DNA of 64,000 bases from a bacterium (GCA_021802705.1 JAJZRL010000002.1:91024-155023), one strand, 5' to 3'. Shown: positions 36,923-47,976, counted from the stretch's first letter. The notes: generated from the letters alone by a model not told the origin. Numbers and translations: made by a program.

Positions 36923-39052
36923 ATGCCGCGCTTTCTCACCGTTTCGCTCATGATCTTCGCGCTTATCGCCTTCGCGCGCGCGCCGTTCGCCTTCGCCGCT
37001 TCGCCGGCAGCGATTACGAGCGCGACTGTCTCTTCGAGCGGAACCGCTGGAGCTCCTCCTCAGACAAGCGTCCAAGGGACCACGGCAAACGGCACTCAAA
37101 GCGCCACCAACCAGAAAAATCCGGCTGCGTACCCGCCTCCGTCCCCGTCTCCCTCCTCCTACAACACCATCATGATCCTGGTCATGAACCTTTTCGCGTG
37201 GCTCCTCGGCGTCGCGGCCATCACGCTCGATAACGCCGTATATTACACGGTCATCACGATGGGGAATTACGTCAATAACCTGACGGCTGTCGGCATCGCA
37301 TGGAGTATCCTGCGCGACATCGGCAACATCGTTCTTATTTTCGGATTCCTCGCTATCGGCATCGCGACCATACTAGACGTGAATTGGTACGGCAACCGAA
37401 CGAAGATGCTCCCGATACTCCTCATCGCCGCCATCTTCCTTAACTTCTCCCTCTTCATATCCGAAGCGATAATCGACGCAGGCAATCTCTTCGCGACCGA
37501 GTTCTATACGCAGATCAACGGCGGCAACCCGCCGCAACCGCTCAATCCTCTTAACCCTGCGGCCGTCCATACGGAAGGCATATCGAACAAGATCATGTCG
37601 CAGCTCGGGCTCCAGAGCATCTATGGCAATTCAGGTCAGGTGAATACGGCGATATTCCAGGCGGGCAACACGTGGGTCATCGGTTTCATGGGGATCCTGC
37701 TTTTCATGATTGCCGCGTTCGTCATGTTCTCGCTCGCATACATACTCATCGCACGGTTCGTCGCACTCATCTTCCTCATCATCATCGCGCCTATCGGGTT
37801 TGCGGGGCTTGCGGTACCGAAGCTTTCAAGCTCGGCAAGCAAGTGGTGGAAAATGCTTATCGATCAGACCATCACGGCGCCGGTACTGCTCCTTCTGCTC
37901 TACGTCGCTCTCAGGGTCATTACCGACCAGACATTCCTCACCGGCTTCTGTCTCCCGTCTTCCGGTTCAGGCAACCCGACATGCACCCCGAACTGGACGG
38001 GTTTTGCAAGCGGTAACTTCAACGGATTCGCGAGCATGATGCTTTCCTTCATTGTGGCGATGGGACTCCTCCTTGCGGTCGTCATCTTTTCGAGGAGTAT
38101 GTCGGCTTTCGGCGCAAGCTGGGCGACGAAAGCCGCGGGTGCCGCTACGTTCGGAGCAACGGCATGGGGCGCGAACAGGACCATCGGACGGGGAGCGTAT
38201 TACTTAAGACGCCGCGCGCTGCAAAGCGAAACCTTCAATAAGGTTGATGCCGCAACAGGCCGCGTCACGAGCCGCGTGCTCGGGTCTGCGGCGACCGCGA
38301 CGTATGACGTACGTGCCTCGAAGGCGTTCAAAAATATCCCGTACGGCGGAATCGCTGCTGGAGAAGCGGCGAAGGGTGGTTTCGTCGGCGCCCGCAAGCG
38401 CTCTATCGAAGCGCATGAGCAGGCCGCAAAGGATATCAAAGAGGCGCACGAGGAGCGTATTGCCAGGACGACTCAAACACATGAAGGGACGGTTGAGGCG
38501 CGCAAGGAAGCAGAAAAAGCGCATGAGCAGGCCGTAAAAGAAGCAAATGATACTCGCGAGCGCGTCACACAATCGGAGAAAGCGGAAGTTGAGCGCCTCA
38601 CCAAGCTAGCCGATGATAACAGGAACAAAGGCATATTTGATCCCAAGGTCGCAAATGACCTGAAAGCGGCCCAAGAGAAGCTTGCAGAGAGCGAGCGAAA
38701 ACTTGCCCCGACGATCGCTGCACTCGCCAAAGCGGCCGAGACCCTCAAGAATGCGAAAGATGCAGAGATAAAGGCCGAAAAAGAAAAGACCGAAGCAGTG
38801 GCTAGCGTGAATGCAAACAAGAGAGCATACGCAGAGGGGCTTAATCATCCGATCGGTTGGGTTGTCAACGGTCCCGGTTCGGGTGCAGCCGCACAGAAGA
38901 TTAGGGCCTCGCTTAAGGAAAAGGGCTACAAAGAGAAGCTCGAGGAGCTTGTCAGGGCACAGGTTAAGGAGGAAGATAAGATGAAAGAGAAAGAGAAGGT
39001 GGGTGGAGAAGAAAAGCCGAAAGAAGAGAGCAAACCTGAAGCGGGACACTAG
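36923..39052 (+). CDS. polytopic membrane protein, VirB6/TrbL-like, with a charged coiled-coil tail
   Basis: About 7-8 TMs (WSILRDIGN...LNFSLFIS; ARFVALIFLIIIAPIGF...KWWKML) and a Lys/Glu-rich C-terminus. The family call is inferred. Confidence 0.7.
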   Translation: MPRFLTVSLMIFALIAFARAPFAFAASPAAITSATVSSSGTAGAPPQTSVQGTTANGTQSATNQKNPAAYPPPSPSPSSYNTIMILVMNLFAWLLGVAAITLDNAVYYTVITMGNYVNNLTAVGIAWSILRDIGNIVLIFGFLAIGIATILDVNWYGNRTKMLPILLIAAIFLNFSLFISEAIIDAGNLFATEFYTQINGGNPPQPLNPLNPAAVHTEGISNKIMSQLGLQSIYGNSGQVNTAIFQAGNTWVIGFMGILLFMIAAFVMFSLAYILIARFVALIFLIIIAPIGFAGLAVPKLSSSASKWWKMLIDQTITAPVLLLLLYVALRVITDQTFLTGFCLPSSGSGNPTCTPNWTGFASGNFNGFASMMLSFIVAMGLLLAVVIFSRSMSAFGASWATKAAGAATFGATAWGANRTIGRGAYYLRRRALQSETFNKVDAATGRVTSRVLGSAATATYDVRASKAFKNIPYGGIAAGEAAKGGFVGARKRSIEAHEQAAKDIKEAHEERIARTTQTHEGTVEARKEAEKAHEQAVKEANDTRERVTQSEKAEVERLTKLADDNRNKGIFDPKVANDLKAAQEKLAESERKLAPTIAALAKAAETLKNAKDAEIKAEKEKTEAVASVNANKRAYAEGLNHPIGWVVNGPGSGAAAQKIRASLKEKGYKEKLEELVRAQVKEEDKMKEKEKVGGEEKPKEESKPEAGH

Positions 39053-39055
39053 CCT

Positions 39056-39805
39056 ATGGACCAAAACCCGGAAGAACCGACTCTCGAAGAAAGCATCAAT
39101 CAAGTGATGCAGACCTTGCCGCCGCCGATCCGGCGTTATCTGTCGGGAGGGAACTACACGGTCGTCGCAAAAGGACTCATGAGCAAATACGGTCTCCGTA
39201 TCGACCAGGGCGGCGTGCTTGAGCGCGAGATCATGCTGCTTCTCATGGGTATCGAGAGCCCGGACGAGTTCGCCGCCGCGCTCAAGAGCGAAGCGGCGAT
39301 AGCGGAAGACGTCGTGCGCAACATCATGACCGATGTAAACCGGGAGATCTTCATTCCCTTACGGGAAGAGATGCGGAATACGGACAGGAACGCGGATAAC
39401 GAGGCTCGGGGAGCCGGAATGAGTTCGCCGGCGCACGAGGAGCCTATCGCTTCGGCTCCGCAGGCAGACATGCCGGCCCTGCGCCCTGCGCCTCTTCCGC
39501 CACCTCCTCCGGCTTTTTTTGCTGCCGCCCCTTTGCCACCGAAAATGACGATGCCGCCGTCTGTACCGAGTACGGTTCCGGCGAGCGTGCAGCCGAACGT
39601 TCTTGCCGAAGAAGCCCGAGCGCGTATCTCAAATATCACCCCGCGCTCCGAAATGCCGCTCCCGTCCGTCCCCACAGGTCTCCCAGGCGCGATGCCGCCG
39701 CGCGCCGCCCCTGAAGCGGGACCGGGTTCCGCTGCGCCTGCGCCCATCACCTCGTACTCCGTCGACCCCTACCGCGAGCCGGTCGACGAACCGCCGCAAG
39801 CCTAG
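39056..39805 (+). CDS. proline-rich hypothetical protein
   Basis: Helical N-domain, Pro-rich linker and C-terminal DPYREP. Confidence 0.78.
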   Translation: MDQNPEEPTLEESINQVMQTLPPPIRRYLSGGNYTVVAKGLMSKYGLRIDQGGVLEREIMLLLMGIESPDEFAAALKSEAAIAEDVVRNIMTDVNREIFIPLREEMRNTDRNADNEARGAGMSSPAHEEPIASAPQADMPALRPAPLPPPPPAFFAAAPLPPKMTMPPSVPSTVPASVQPNVLAEEARARISNITPRSEMPLPSVPTGLPGAMPPRAAPEAGPGSAAPAPITSYSVDPYREPVDEPPQA

Positions 39806-39834
39806 TTGCATTATCCCGTGCGGTTCTATATAGT
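39806..39834 (+). promoter_or_regulatory. promoter of rpsL-rpsG
   Basis: TTGCAT, 17 bp spacer, TATAGT. Confidence 0.75.
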
Positions 39835-39864
39835 GCGTCTATCCCGCGTGCGCGGGTTTTCTAA

Positions 39865-40278
39865 ATGGCCACCATCAACCAGCTCTCGAAGAGAGGTCGC
39901 AGCAGCAAGCCGTCGAAGACGAGCGTGCTCGCCCTTACGCGCGGATTCAACACGCTCAAGAACCGCCCCACGTTCTACTCATCCCCCTTTAAGCGCGGCG
40001 TTTGCACCAAGGTGACGACGAAAACCCCCCGCAAGCCGAACTCCGCTATCCGCAAGATCGCCCGCGTGCGGCTCACGAACGGCATGGAAATAACCGCTTA
40101 TATTCCCGGGGAAACGCACAATCTTCAGGAACACTCCGTCGTGCTCGTCCGCGGCGGCCGCGTGAAGGATATCGGCGTCCAGTACACCATCGTTCGCGGC
40201 AAGCTCGATACGAGCGGTCTTGAGAAGCGCCGCACGTCGCGCTCGCGATACGGCGCGAAGCGTCCTTCGGCGAAATAA
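39865..40278 (+). CDS. rpsL: 30S ribosomal protein S12
   Basis: [13 protein letters not shown] and [17 protein letters not shown] motifs. Confidence 0.98.
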   Translation: MATINQLSKRGRSSKPSKTSVLALTRGFNTLKNRPTFYSSPFKRGVCTKVTTKTPRKPNSAIRKIARVRLTNGMEITAYIPGETHNLQEHSVVLVRGGRVKDIGVQYTIVRGKLDTSGLEKRRTSRSRYGAKRPSAK

Positions 40279-40283
40279 CATTT

Positions 40284-40748
40284 ATGCGCCGCCCTCTCAA
40301 AAAGAAGCGTACCTGGCGTCCTGACCTGAAATACGGGTCGGAAACGCTTACGCGCTTCATCAATACCGTCATGTGGAACGGCAAGAAAGACACGGCGCGT
40401 TCCATCGTGTACGATGCGCTCGCAAGCATCAAAGAATCCGGTGCCGACCCGCTCGAGACGTTCGAGACGGCGTTGCGAAACGCGTCTCCTTTGATGGAAG
40501 TGCGGTCTCGCCGCGTCGGCGGCGCGAACTACCAGGTTCCGCGCGAAGTCTCCCAGAACCGCCGGCTTGCGCTCGCGTTCCGCTGGATCATAAACGCCGC
40601 CCGCGCGAAAAAAGGGAAACCGATGGCAGATAAGCTCGCGACGGAACTCATCCTTGCCGCGAAGAACGAAGGCGATGCCATAAAGAAAAAGGACGATATG
40701 CACCGCATGGCGGAGAGCAACAAGGCGTTTGCGCATTTTGCGTGGTAG
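40284..40748 (+). CDS. rpsG: 30S ribosomal protein S7
   Basis: SRRVGGANYQVP and HRMAESNKAFAHF motifs. Confidence 0.98.
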   Translation: MRRPLKKKRTWRPDLKYGSETLTRFINTVMWNGKKDTARSIVYDALASIKESGADPLETFETALRNASPLMEVRSRRVGGANYQVPREVSQNRRLALAFRWIINAARAKKGKPMADKLATELILAAKNEGDAIKKKDDMHRMAESNKAFAHFAW

Positions 40749-40768
40749 GAGAAAGGAGTCGTGCACGA

Positions 40769-40792
40769 AAAACCCGCCATACGGCGGGTTTT
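40769..40792. terminator. bidirectional terminator between rpsG and the antisense ORF
   Basis: AAAACCCGCC-ATAC-GGCGGGTTTT. Confidence 0.8.
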
Positions 40793-40798
40793 AAAATA

Positions 40799-41032
40799 TC
40801 AGTCGACGGTGACGTTCGAATAAGAAGCTTTATGTATCGCTGAAGCGAGAAGCGCGAGCGTTCCCGAACATTCGTATCCGCGATCCCGTGCCGCATGCAG
40901 AACCTGCTTTGCTTCAAGCAGTTTTTCTGCGGTCCAACACACAGGATCGTTCGTTCTTTTCAACAGACATTCGAAATAGTAGGCGCGTTGCGCCAGGATT
41001 GAGCGAACATCCTCTTGCTGCGTCTTCCACAT
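40799..41032 (-). CDS. 77-aa hypothetical protein
   Basis: AAAGGAG SD 7 nt before ATG, a TTGCAA-17-TATCGT promoter and a downstream terminator. Confidence 0.65.
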   Translation of the reverse strand: MWKTQQEDVRSILAQRAYYFECLLKRTNDPVCWTAEKLLEAKQVLHAARDRGYECSGTLALLASAIHKASYSNVTVD

Positions 41033-41063
41033 CTCGTTTCTCCTTTGAACAAAACCTGCCTAA

Positions 41064-41115
41064 ACGATACCGTCCCGCGGCACGCTTTGCAATTTGGACG
41101 GTTCCCAGGTATTCT
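41064..41115. promoter_or_regulatory. divergent promoter pair sharing one palindromic -35 (TTGCAA 41087-92)
   Basis: Plus strand: TTGCAA-17-TATTCT (41110-15). Minus strand: TTGCAA-17-TATCGT (41069-64). Confidence 0.7.
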
Positions 41116-41230
41116 GCTCGTAACGCCTCGACGCATTTTCACTGTCACGCGCGGGAAGCGGAATCCTCATCGATCCACTCCCGACGCCCCGTGAAAATGT
41201 TTGAGGCAGCTTATTTTTTCTAATCCTTGT

Positions 41231-43378
41231 ATGAACCGCGATTATCCACTTGAGAAAGTCCGCAACTTCGGCATCATCGCTCACATCGACGCCGGGAAGA
41301 CGACGACGAGCGAGCGCGTGCTTTTTTATACGGGCAGCCAGCACAAGATAGGCGAGGTGCACGAAGGCGAGACGACGACCGACTGGATGGAGCAGGAGCG
41401 CGAACGCGGCATCACCATCACGGCTGCCGCTATCACCTGTTTCTGGAGCAAGACGGAAGAGAAGGATAAGAAAGACGCTTCGAAGAAATTCCGTTTCAAC
41501 ATCATCGATACGCCCGGACACATCGATTTCACCGCCGAAGTGAAACGTTCGATGCGCGTTCTTGACGGCGCTATCGTCGTTTTCGACGGCGTCGCAGGCG
41601 TCGAACCGCAATCAGAGACCAACTGGCGGTATGCCGACGAGGCGAATGTGCCGCGCGTCTGCTTCATCAACAAGCTCGACCGGACGGGCGCTTCATTCGA
41701 ACGCTCGTACGCTTCCATCCTCAGCCGGCTCTCTCCGAAAGCGATCCGCATGCAGATCCCTATCGGTGAGGAATCGGCGCACGAAGGCGTCGTCGACCTG
41801 CTCGCCATGAAAGCGTATCGTTTCGAGGGAAGCATGGGCGAGGAGGTCATAGAAGGAGACATACCGGCCGATCTCGCGCAGGATGCGAAGAAATATCGCG
41901 GCGAGCTTATCGAGCGTATCGTCGAGCAAGACGACGCGGCGATGAATGCATACCTCGAAGGGAAGGAGCCTTCTCTTGAGGAGCTGAAGAGCATCCTTCG
42001 CAAGGCAGTCATCGCAAACCAGGTTTTCCCGGTATATTGCGGCAGCGCGCTTAAGAACAAAGGCGTGCAACTCGTGCTCGACGCGGTCGTTGACTATCTT
42101 CCATCTCCGCTCGATCTTCCTCCGGCGACGGGATTGAACCCGAAGACCGGCGAGCCGATTGAGCGCCATGCGTCCGACGAAGAGCCGTTTTGCGCGCTTG
42201 CCTTCAAGCTCCAGACCGACCCGTTCGTCGGCGCGCTCACGTTCTTCCGCGTCTATTCGGGCACGCTCTCTTCAGGCTCGTACGTCTACAATTCGACGAC
42301 GGGCGTCAAGGAGCGTATCGGCCGCATCGTCCGTCTTCAGGCGGATAAGCGCGAGGAAGTCGAGAAAGTGTTTTCGGGCGAGATAGCGGCCGCTGTCGGC
42401 CTTAAGGATACGAAGACCTCGCATACGCTCTGCGATGAGGCGAATCCGATCGTGCTCGAGCAGATAAAGTTCCCGGAACCGGTCGTGAGCTTGCGCATAG
42501 AGCCGAAAACCAAGGCAGACCAGGAAAAGATGGGCATCGCGCTCAATAAGCTCGCGGACGAGGACCCGACATTCCGTGTTACGACCGACGAAGAGACCGC
42601 CGAGACCATCATCTCCGGCATGGGCGAGCTTCATCTTGAGATCCTCGTCGACCGCATGAAGCGCGAATTCAACGTCGTTGCGGATGTCGGGAAACCCCAG
42701 GTGGCGTATCGGGAGACGATCCTCGGCGCTTCGGACGCCGAAGGGAAATACATCAAACAGACCGGCGGCCGCGGCCAGTACGGCCACGTGAAGATTCGCA
42801 TCAAGAAACTCGAACCCCTTGCGGAAGGAGCAAAGATCGCGAAGAACGTGACGCGGAACGACCATTTCGAATTCATCAACAATATCAAGGGAGGCGTCGT
42901 CCCGCAGGAATACATCCCGGCGGTTGAAAAAGGGATACGTGAAGCCATGTCGCGCGGCATCCTCGCCGGATTCCCCATGGTGGATATTTCCGCCGACCTC
43001 TATGACGGCTCGTATCACGAGGTCGACTCTTCGGAAATCGCCTTCAAGATCGCGGCCTCGATGGCATTCCACGATGCCGCGCAAAAAGCGAAGCCGGTCA
43101 TTCTCGAGCCGATCATGCGCGTCGAAGTCATCGTTCCGGAACAGTTCATGGGCGACATCACCGGTTCGCTCTCAGGCAAGCGCGGGCAGATCGAGGGTAT
43201 GGAGGATCGCGGTATGAACAAGGCCGTGCATGCCAAAGTCCCGCTTTCCGAAATGTTCGGCTATACGACGACGCTCCGCTCGATGACGGAAGGGCGCGGC
43301 AGCATGACGATGGAATTCGACCACTACGATGTCGTTCCGCAAAATGTCGCCGCCGATATCATCGCAAGCCGGAAGTAG
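41231..43378 (+). CDS. fusA: elongation factor G
   Basis: [23 protein letters not shown] and GMGELHLE motifs. Confidence 0.98.
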   Translation: MNRDYPLEKVRNFGIIAHIDAGKTTTSERVLFYTGSQHKIGEVHEGETTTDWMEQERERGITITAAAITCFWSKTEEKDKKDASKKFRFNIIDTPGHIDFTAEVKRSMRVLDGAIVVFDGVAGVEPQSETNWRYADEANVPRVCFINKLDRTGASFERSYASILSRLSPKAIRMQIPIGEESAHEGVVDLLAMKAYRFEGSMGEEVIEGDIPADLAQDAKKYRGELIERIVEQDDAAMNAYLEGKEPSLEELKSILRKAVIANQVFPVYCGSALKNKGVQLVLDAVVDYLPSPLDLPPATGLNPKTGEPIERHASDEEPFCALAFKLQTDPFVGALTFFRVYSGTLSSGSYVYNSTTGVKERIGRIVRLQADKREEVEKVFSGEIAAAVGLKDTKTSHTLCDEANPIVLEQIKFPEPVVSLRIEPKTKADQEKMGIALNKLADEDPTFRVTTDEETAETIISGMGELHLEILVDRMKREFNVVADVGKPQVAYRETILGASDAEGKYIKQTGGRGQYGHVKIRIKKLEPLAEGAKIAKNVTRNDHFEFINNIKGGVVPQEYIPAVEKGIREAMSRGILAGFPMVDISADLYDGSYHEVDSSEIAFKIAASMAFHDAAQKAKPVILEPIMRVEVIVPEQFMGDITGSLSGKRGQIEGMEDRGMNKAVHAKVPLSEMFGYTTTLRSMTEGRGSMTMEFDHYDVVPQNVAADIIASRK

Positions 43379-43392
43379 CCGCTAAAGCACAG

Positions 43393-43429
43393 AGCCAAAA
43401 CGGCCGCCCATTGGACGGCCGTTTTGGCT
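43393..43429. terminator. terminator hairpin after fusA
   Basis: AGCCAAAACGGCCG...CGGCCGTTTTGGCT. Confidence 0.75.
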
Positions 43430-43444
43430 GTATACTGTATTCAT

Positions 43445-44251
43445 ATGCCCAACGATCTTCATACGCCCGCAGAGATACCGGGAATCTTTGACCTTATCCG
43501 TTTCGGCACGGCACTCTACAAAGAACGCCTGAAGACGGTTCTCGTCCTGCTTCTCATACAGATCGCTGCGGGCGTGTTCTTCGGTGCCGCGATCGTCGCC
43601 TCGGCACTCTCGACGATTGCGTTCGGCGTCTCGGGCATGCTGTTCGTCGCTTTGAGCGTGTTGGCGTTCATCTATGGAGCACTCTGGCTTGAAGTCGCGT
43701 TCCTCCGCGCATTTTCAGATCCGGTGGAGTTCATGACCGTGCGAGGGCTGTTCGCGCGCTCCCGTTCCCAGATATTCCCGTTCCTGTGGGTCTCGTTCCT
43801 CGTGTTATGCGCCATGCTCGCTGCAGTTGCGCTCGTCGCCGCGTTCGGACTCGTGGGCGCATTCCTCTTCGGAAAGGGCGTCGTCGTTGAGGAAGTGATC
43901 CTTGGCGCTCTTATCGCGATTAGCGCATCCGTCTTCATCGCGACACGCCTTGTCTTTGCGAACTGGATCGTCGTACGGGACCGCGCCCGCGGCTTTGCCG
44001 CGCTTCATGAGAGTATGCGCTTGACTCGGGGCATTTTCTGGCCGGTATTCGGGCGCTTCTTCGGATTGAGCTTCATCATGGGCGGCCTCACGTTCCTTCT
44101 CCAACTTTTCGCCGTACTCCTGCTTGGCCGGTATGGAAGCATGCTGTCGCAGCTTATAAGCATGCTCGTCTTCACCCCGGTCTTCGTCGCCGCAACCTGG
44201 GTCCTCTACCGATCAGTCGCTACCGAAACGCCGCCCGATGCGCAGCCGTAG
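43445..44251 (+). CDS. integral membrane protein
   Basis: About 6 hydrophobic helices; ALHESMRLTRGIFWPVFGR is typical of uncharacterised membrane families. Confidence 0.8.
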   Translation: MPNDLHTPAEIPGIFDLIRFGTALYKERLKTVLVLLLIQIAAGVFFGAAIVASALSTIAFGVSGMLFVALSVLAFIYGALWLEVAFLRAFSDPVEFMTVRGLFARSRSQIFPFLWVSFLVLCAMLAAVALVAAFGLVGAFLFGKGVVVEEVILGALIAISASVFIATRLVFANWIVVRDRARGFAALHESMRLTRGIFWPVFGRFFGLSFIMGGLTFLLQLFAVLLLGRYGSMLSQLISMLVFTPVFVAATWVLYRSVATETPPDAQP

Positions 44252-44269
44252 GAGATCCGGCCGCTGTTG

Positions 44270-44298
44270 TTGCATTTCAAACCGGCCTCCCGTATAGT
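44270..44298 (+). promoter_or_regulatory. promoter of tuf-rpsJ
   Basis: TTGCAT, 17 bp spacer, TATAGT. Confidence 0.75.
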
Positions 44299-44428
44299 TA
44301 CCCTAACGCATCTTGGCGTCGCTCTTTGGCTTGTCTGCTCTGTTTCTTGTGAGTCGGCAGGCCGGAAGAGCTTGTTCCGACTCGCGTCGGTTCATTCGTG
44401 ATTTAGCAACCTAATAAACCGATTCACT

Positions 44429-45628
<1,200 letters not shown>

Positions 45629-45647
45629 CCGCGGCTGACACACTCAT

Positions 45648-46028
45648 ATGGCGACAATAACGGAATCGACGAAACCGAAAGCCAAGCGCACGCCGAAGAA
45701 GGCTGCTGCCGCTGCTCAAGCGGAGCACAAGCTCCGCATCCGTGTCCGCGCCTATGAGCACAAGATTCTCGATTTGTCGGTAAAACAGATCATGGACACC
45801 GCGGCGCGCTTCGATGCGACGGTCGTCGGGCCCGTGCCATTGCCGACCGAGATCAAGCGCTGGACGGTAAACCGCTCGACATTCGTCCATAAGGATGCGC
45901 GGGAGCAGTTCGAGATGCGCATCCATAAGCGTCTCATCGATATTCTGAACCCCTCTCCAAAGGTCATTGAGGCCCTCACGAACCTCAATCTTCCTTCCGG
46001 GGTCACGATTGACGTCAAGATGATCTAA
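45648..46028 (+). CDS. rpsJ: 30S ribosomal protein S10
   Basis: GPVPLPT and REQFEMRIHKRLIDI motifs. Confidence 0.97.
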   Translation: MATITESTKPKAKRTPKKAAAAAQAEHKLRIRVRAYEHKILDLSVKQIMDTAARFDATVVGPVPLPTEIKRWTVNRSTFVHKDAREQFEMRIHKRLIDILNPSPKVIEALTNLNLPSGVTIDVKMI

Positions 46029-46051
46029 CCTCGCTGTCTCACAAGGACGGC

Positions 46052-46091
46052 AAGCGCAAAAGCGGCTCATTAAGGGGCCGCTTTTGCGCTT
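46052..46091. terminator. terminator hairpin between rpsJ and rplC
   Basis: AAGCGCAAAAGCGGCTC...GGGCCGCTTTTGCGCTT. Confidence 0.72.
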
Positions 46092-46105
46092 CTCAGCCCC
46101 TGTAC

Positions 46106-46134
46106 TTGTATATTTCCACGCCTTCCTGTAGAGT
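46106..46134 (+). promoter_or_regulatory. promoter of rplC
   Basis: TTGTAT, 17 bp spacer, TAGAGT. Confidence 0.65.
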
Positions 46135-46216
46135 GCTCTCAACGCTACGAACGGTGCCTCCGGCCGGTCCTATGGCAAAACGCGCGTTGCGGTTTGCCGG
46201 CACGCGTTTTTATTTT

Positions 46217-46831
46217 ATGAAATTCATTCTTGCCACAAAGGAAGGTATGACGCGTCTCTTCGGAGAGGACGGTCGCGCACGCGCGGGTACGATTCTGAAG
46301 ACCGACGGCGTTACCGTCACACAGGTGAAGACGGCCGACGGCAAGGACCGCTACGCGGCCATCCAGGTCGGTTTTGGCACGAAAAAGACAAAGAATACGG
46401 ACAAAGCCGTTCTTGGCCACACGAAGGGCAAGGGCTACGCGGTCATCCGTGAGTTTCGCGGTGCCGAAGCTGCGGAGGTCGGCAGCACGATCGATTCCGG
46501 AACGTTCGCTGTCGGCGACGTCGTGCGTGTTTCCGGTCTTACCAAAGGAAAAGGATTTGCAAGCGTCATAAAGCGGCACGGTTTCCACGGAGGACCGCGC
46601 ACGCACGGTCAGAAGCACTCGGAGCACGCCCCGGGCTCTATCGGCGGATCAGGCGGCCGTGCAGGCGGTCGCGTCGTTAAGGGCATGCGCATGGCCGGTC
46701 GCATGGGGCATGAGCGCGTTACCGTTCCGAATCTTAAAGTGCTCGCCGTCGATGCGGTTGCCGGGAAAATTATCGTTTCCGGAGCGGTACCCGGCGCCCG
46801 CGGCACGCTGCTTGAAGTGGTTTCCGAATAA
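46217..46831 (+). CDS. rplC: 50S ribosomal protein L3
   Basis: KEGMT, KGKGF, PGSIG and KGMRMAGRMG motifs. Confidence 0.97.
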   Translation: MKFILATKEGMTRLFGEDGRARAGTILKTDGVTVTQVKTADGKDRYAAIQVGFGTKKTKNTDKAVLGHTKGKGYAVIREFRGAEAAEVGSTIDSGTFAVGDVVRVSGLTKGKGFASVIKRHGFHGGPRTHGQKHSEHAPGSIGGSGGRAGGRVVKGMRMAGRMGHERVTVPNLKVLAVDAVAGKIIVSGAVPGARGTLLEVVSE

Positions 46832-46841
46832 TTCGATATCT

Positions 46842-47588
46842 ATGGCTACCGCAAAAAAGACAACGAAGAGCATTGCCAGCGCACCAGTAGAGCGCGCGGA
46901 GCGTCCCGCGCTTGCACCGGCCGAATCGGCGATATTTTCGATGGACGGAACGAAAGTCGGGACCATCGCCCTCCCGAAAGAGCTTTTCGGCATGCCGTGG
47001 AGAAGCGACCTCGTGCATCAGGTCGCGCTCGCAATGCAAGCGAATAAGCGGCAGAACCGCGCGCATACGAAAGACCGGTCGGAAGTGTCCGGCAGCGGCA
47101 AGAGGCCGTGGAAGCAGAAAGGGACCGGTCAAGCGCGCCACAGCTCGCGCCGTTCCCCACTCTGGCGGCATGGAGGCGTGACGTTTGGTCCGCGTAATGA
47201 CCGCGATTACAGCGAGAAGATCAATCGCAAGATGCGCGCCGGCGCGCTCGCATCGATCCTCTCAAGGAAGGCGAAAGACGGGGAGATCATTCTGGTCGAC
47301 AAGCTCTCGTTTGCCGCGCCGAAGACGGCCGAGGCGAAAAACGCTCTTACGGCGCTCGCGAAAGGCGCGGCTTCTGCGCCGCTCGCTTCAAAAAAGAGAA
47401 ACGCCGCTATCTTCGCGCTCGCCGATTACGACGCGAACGCCATAAAGAGCTTCCGGAATATCAACTCGATCATGACCGAGGAAGTGCGCTGTATCAATCC
47501 GGTCGACATTCTCGCGCATAAGTATCTCGTTATTGAGAATCCCGAAACGGCATTCGCGACGCTCCTTTCACGCGTCAAATCTAAATAA
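46842..47588 (+). CDS. rplD: 50S ribosomal protein L4
   Basis: TKDRSEVSGSGKRPWKQKGTGQAR. Confidence 0.97.
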   Translation: MATAKKTTKSIASAPVERAERPALAPAESAIFSMDGTKVGTIALPKELFGMPWRSDLVHQVALAMQANKRQNRAHTKDRSEVSGSGKRPWKQKGTGQARHSSRRSPLWRHGGVTFGPRNDRDYSEKINRKMRAGALASILSRKAKDGEIILVDKLSFAAPKTAEAKNALTALAKGAASAPLASKKRNAAIFALADYDANAIKSFRNINSIMTEEVRCINPVDILAHKYLVIENPETAFATLLSRVKSK

Positions 47589-47594
47589 GTCTCT

Positions 47595-47957
47595 ATGGCA
47601 CTTTTCACCACCGATTCCAAGAAAGATAAAAAGGCCGCGCCGGTACGGAAAGCGCACGCCAAAAAACTCATAGACGGCCGTGCGCACGAAATCATTCGCG
47701 CGCCATGGTTTTCTGAAAAAGCGCTTTTGGCGACCGAAAGGGGCGTGTACGCTTTCACCGTTCCTGCGAGCGTGACGAAAGCGGACGTCGCCGGCGCTAT
47801 CAAAGAGATATTCAAGGTCGAGCCCCGGGCTGTGCGCATTGCGAATCTCCCCGGGAAACGCAAGTCTTTGCGCACGCGCCCCGGTTTTAGCACGCGCGCC
47901 GCGCGTCGCAAGGCATACGTTTATCTGCGCGAGGGCGACACCATCCAATTTGCCTAG
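47595..47957 (+). CDS. rplW: 50S ribosomal protein L23
   Basis: PWFSEKA and RKAYVYL motifs; operon position. Confidence 0.93.
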   Translation: MALFTTDSKKDKKAAPVRKAHAKKLIDGRAHEIIRAPWFSEKALLATERGVYAFTVPASVTKADVAGAIKEIFKVEPRAVRIANLPGKRKSLRTRPGFSTRAARRKAYVYLREGDTIQFA

Positions 47958-47976
47958 TGTCCTAATCATATTCCCT

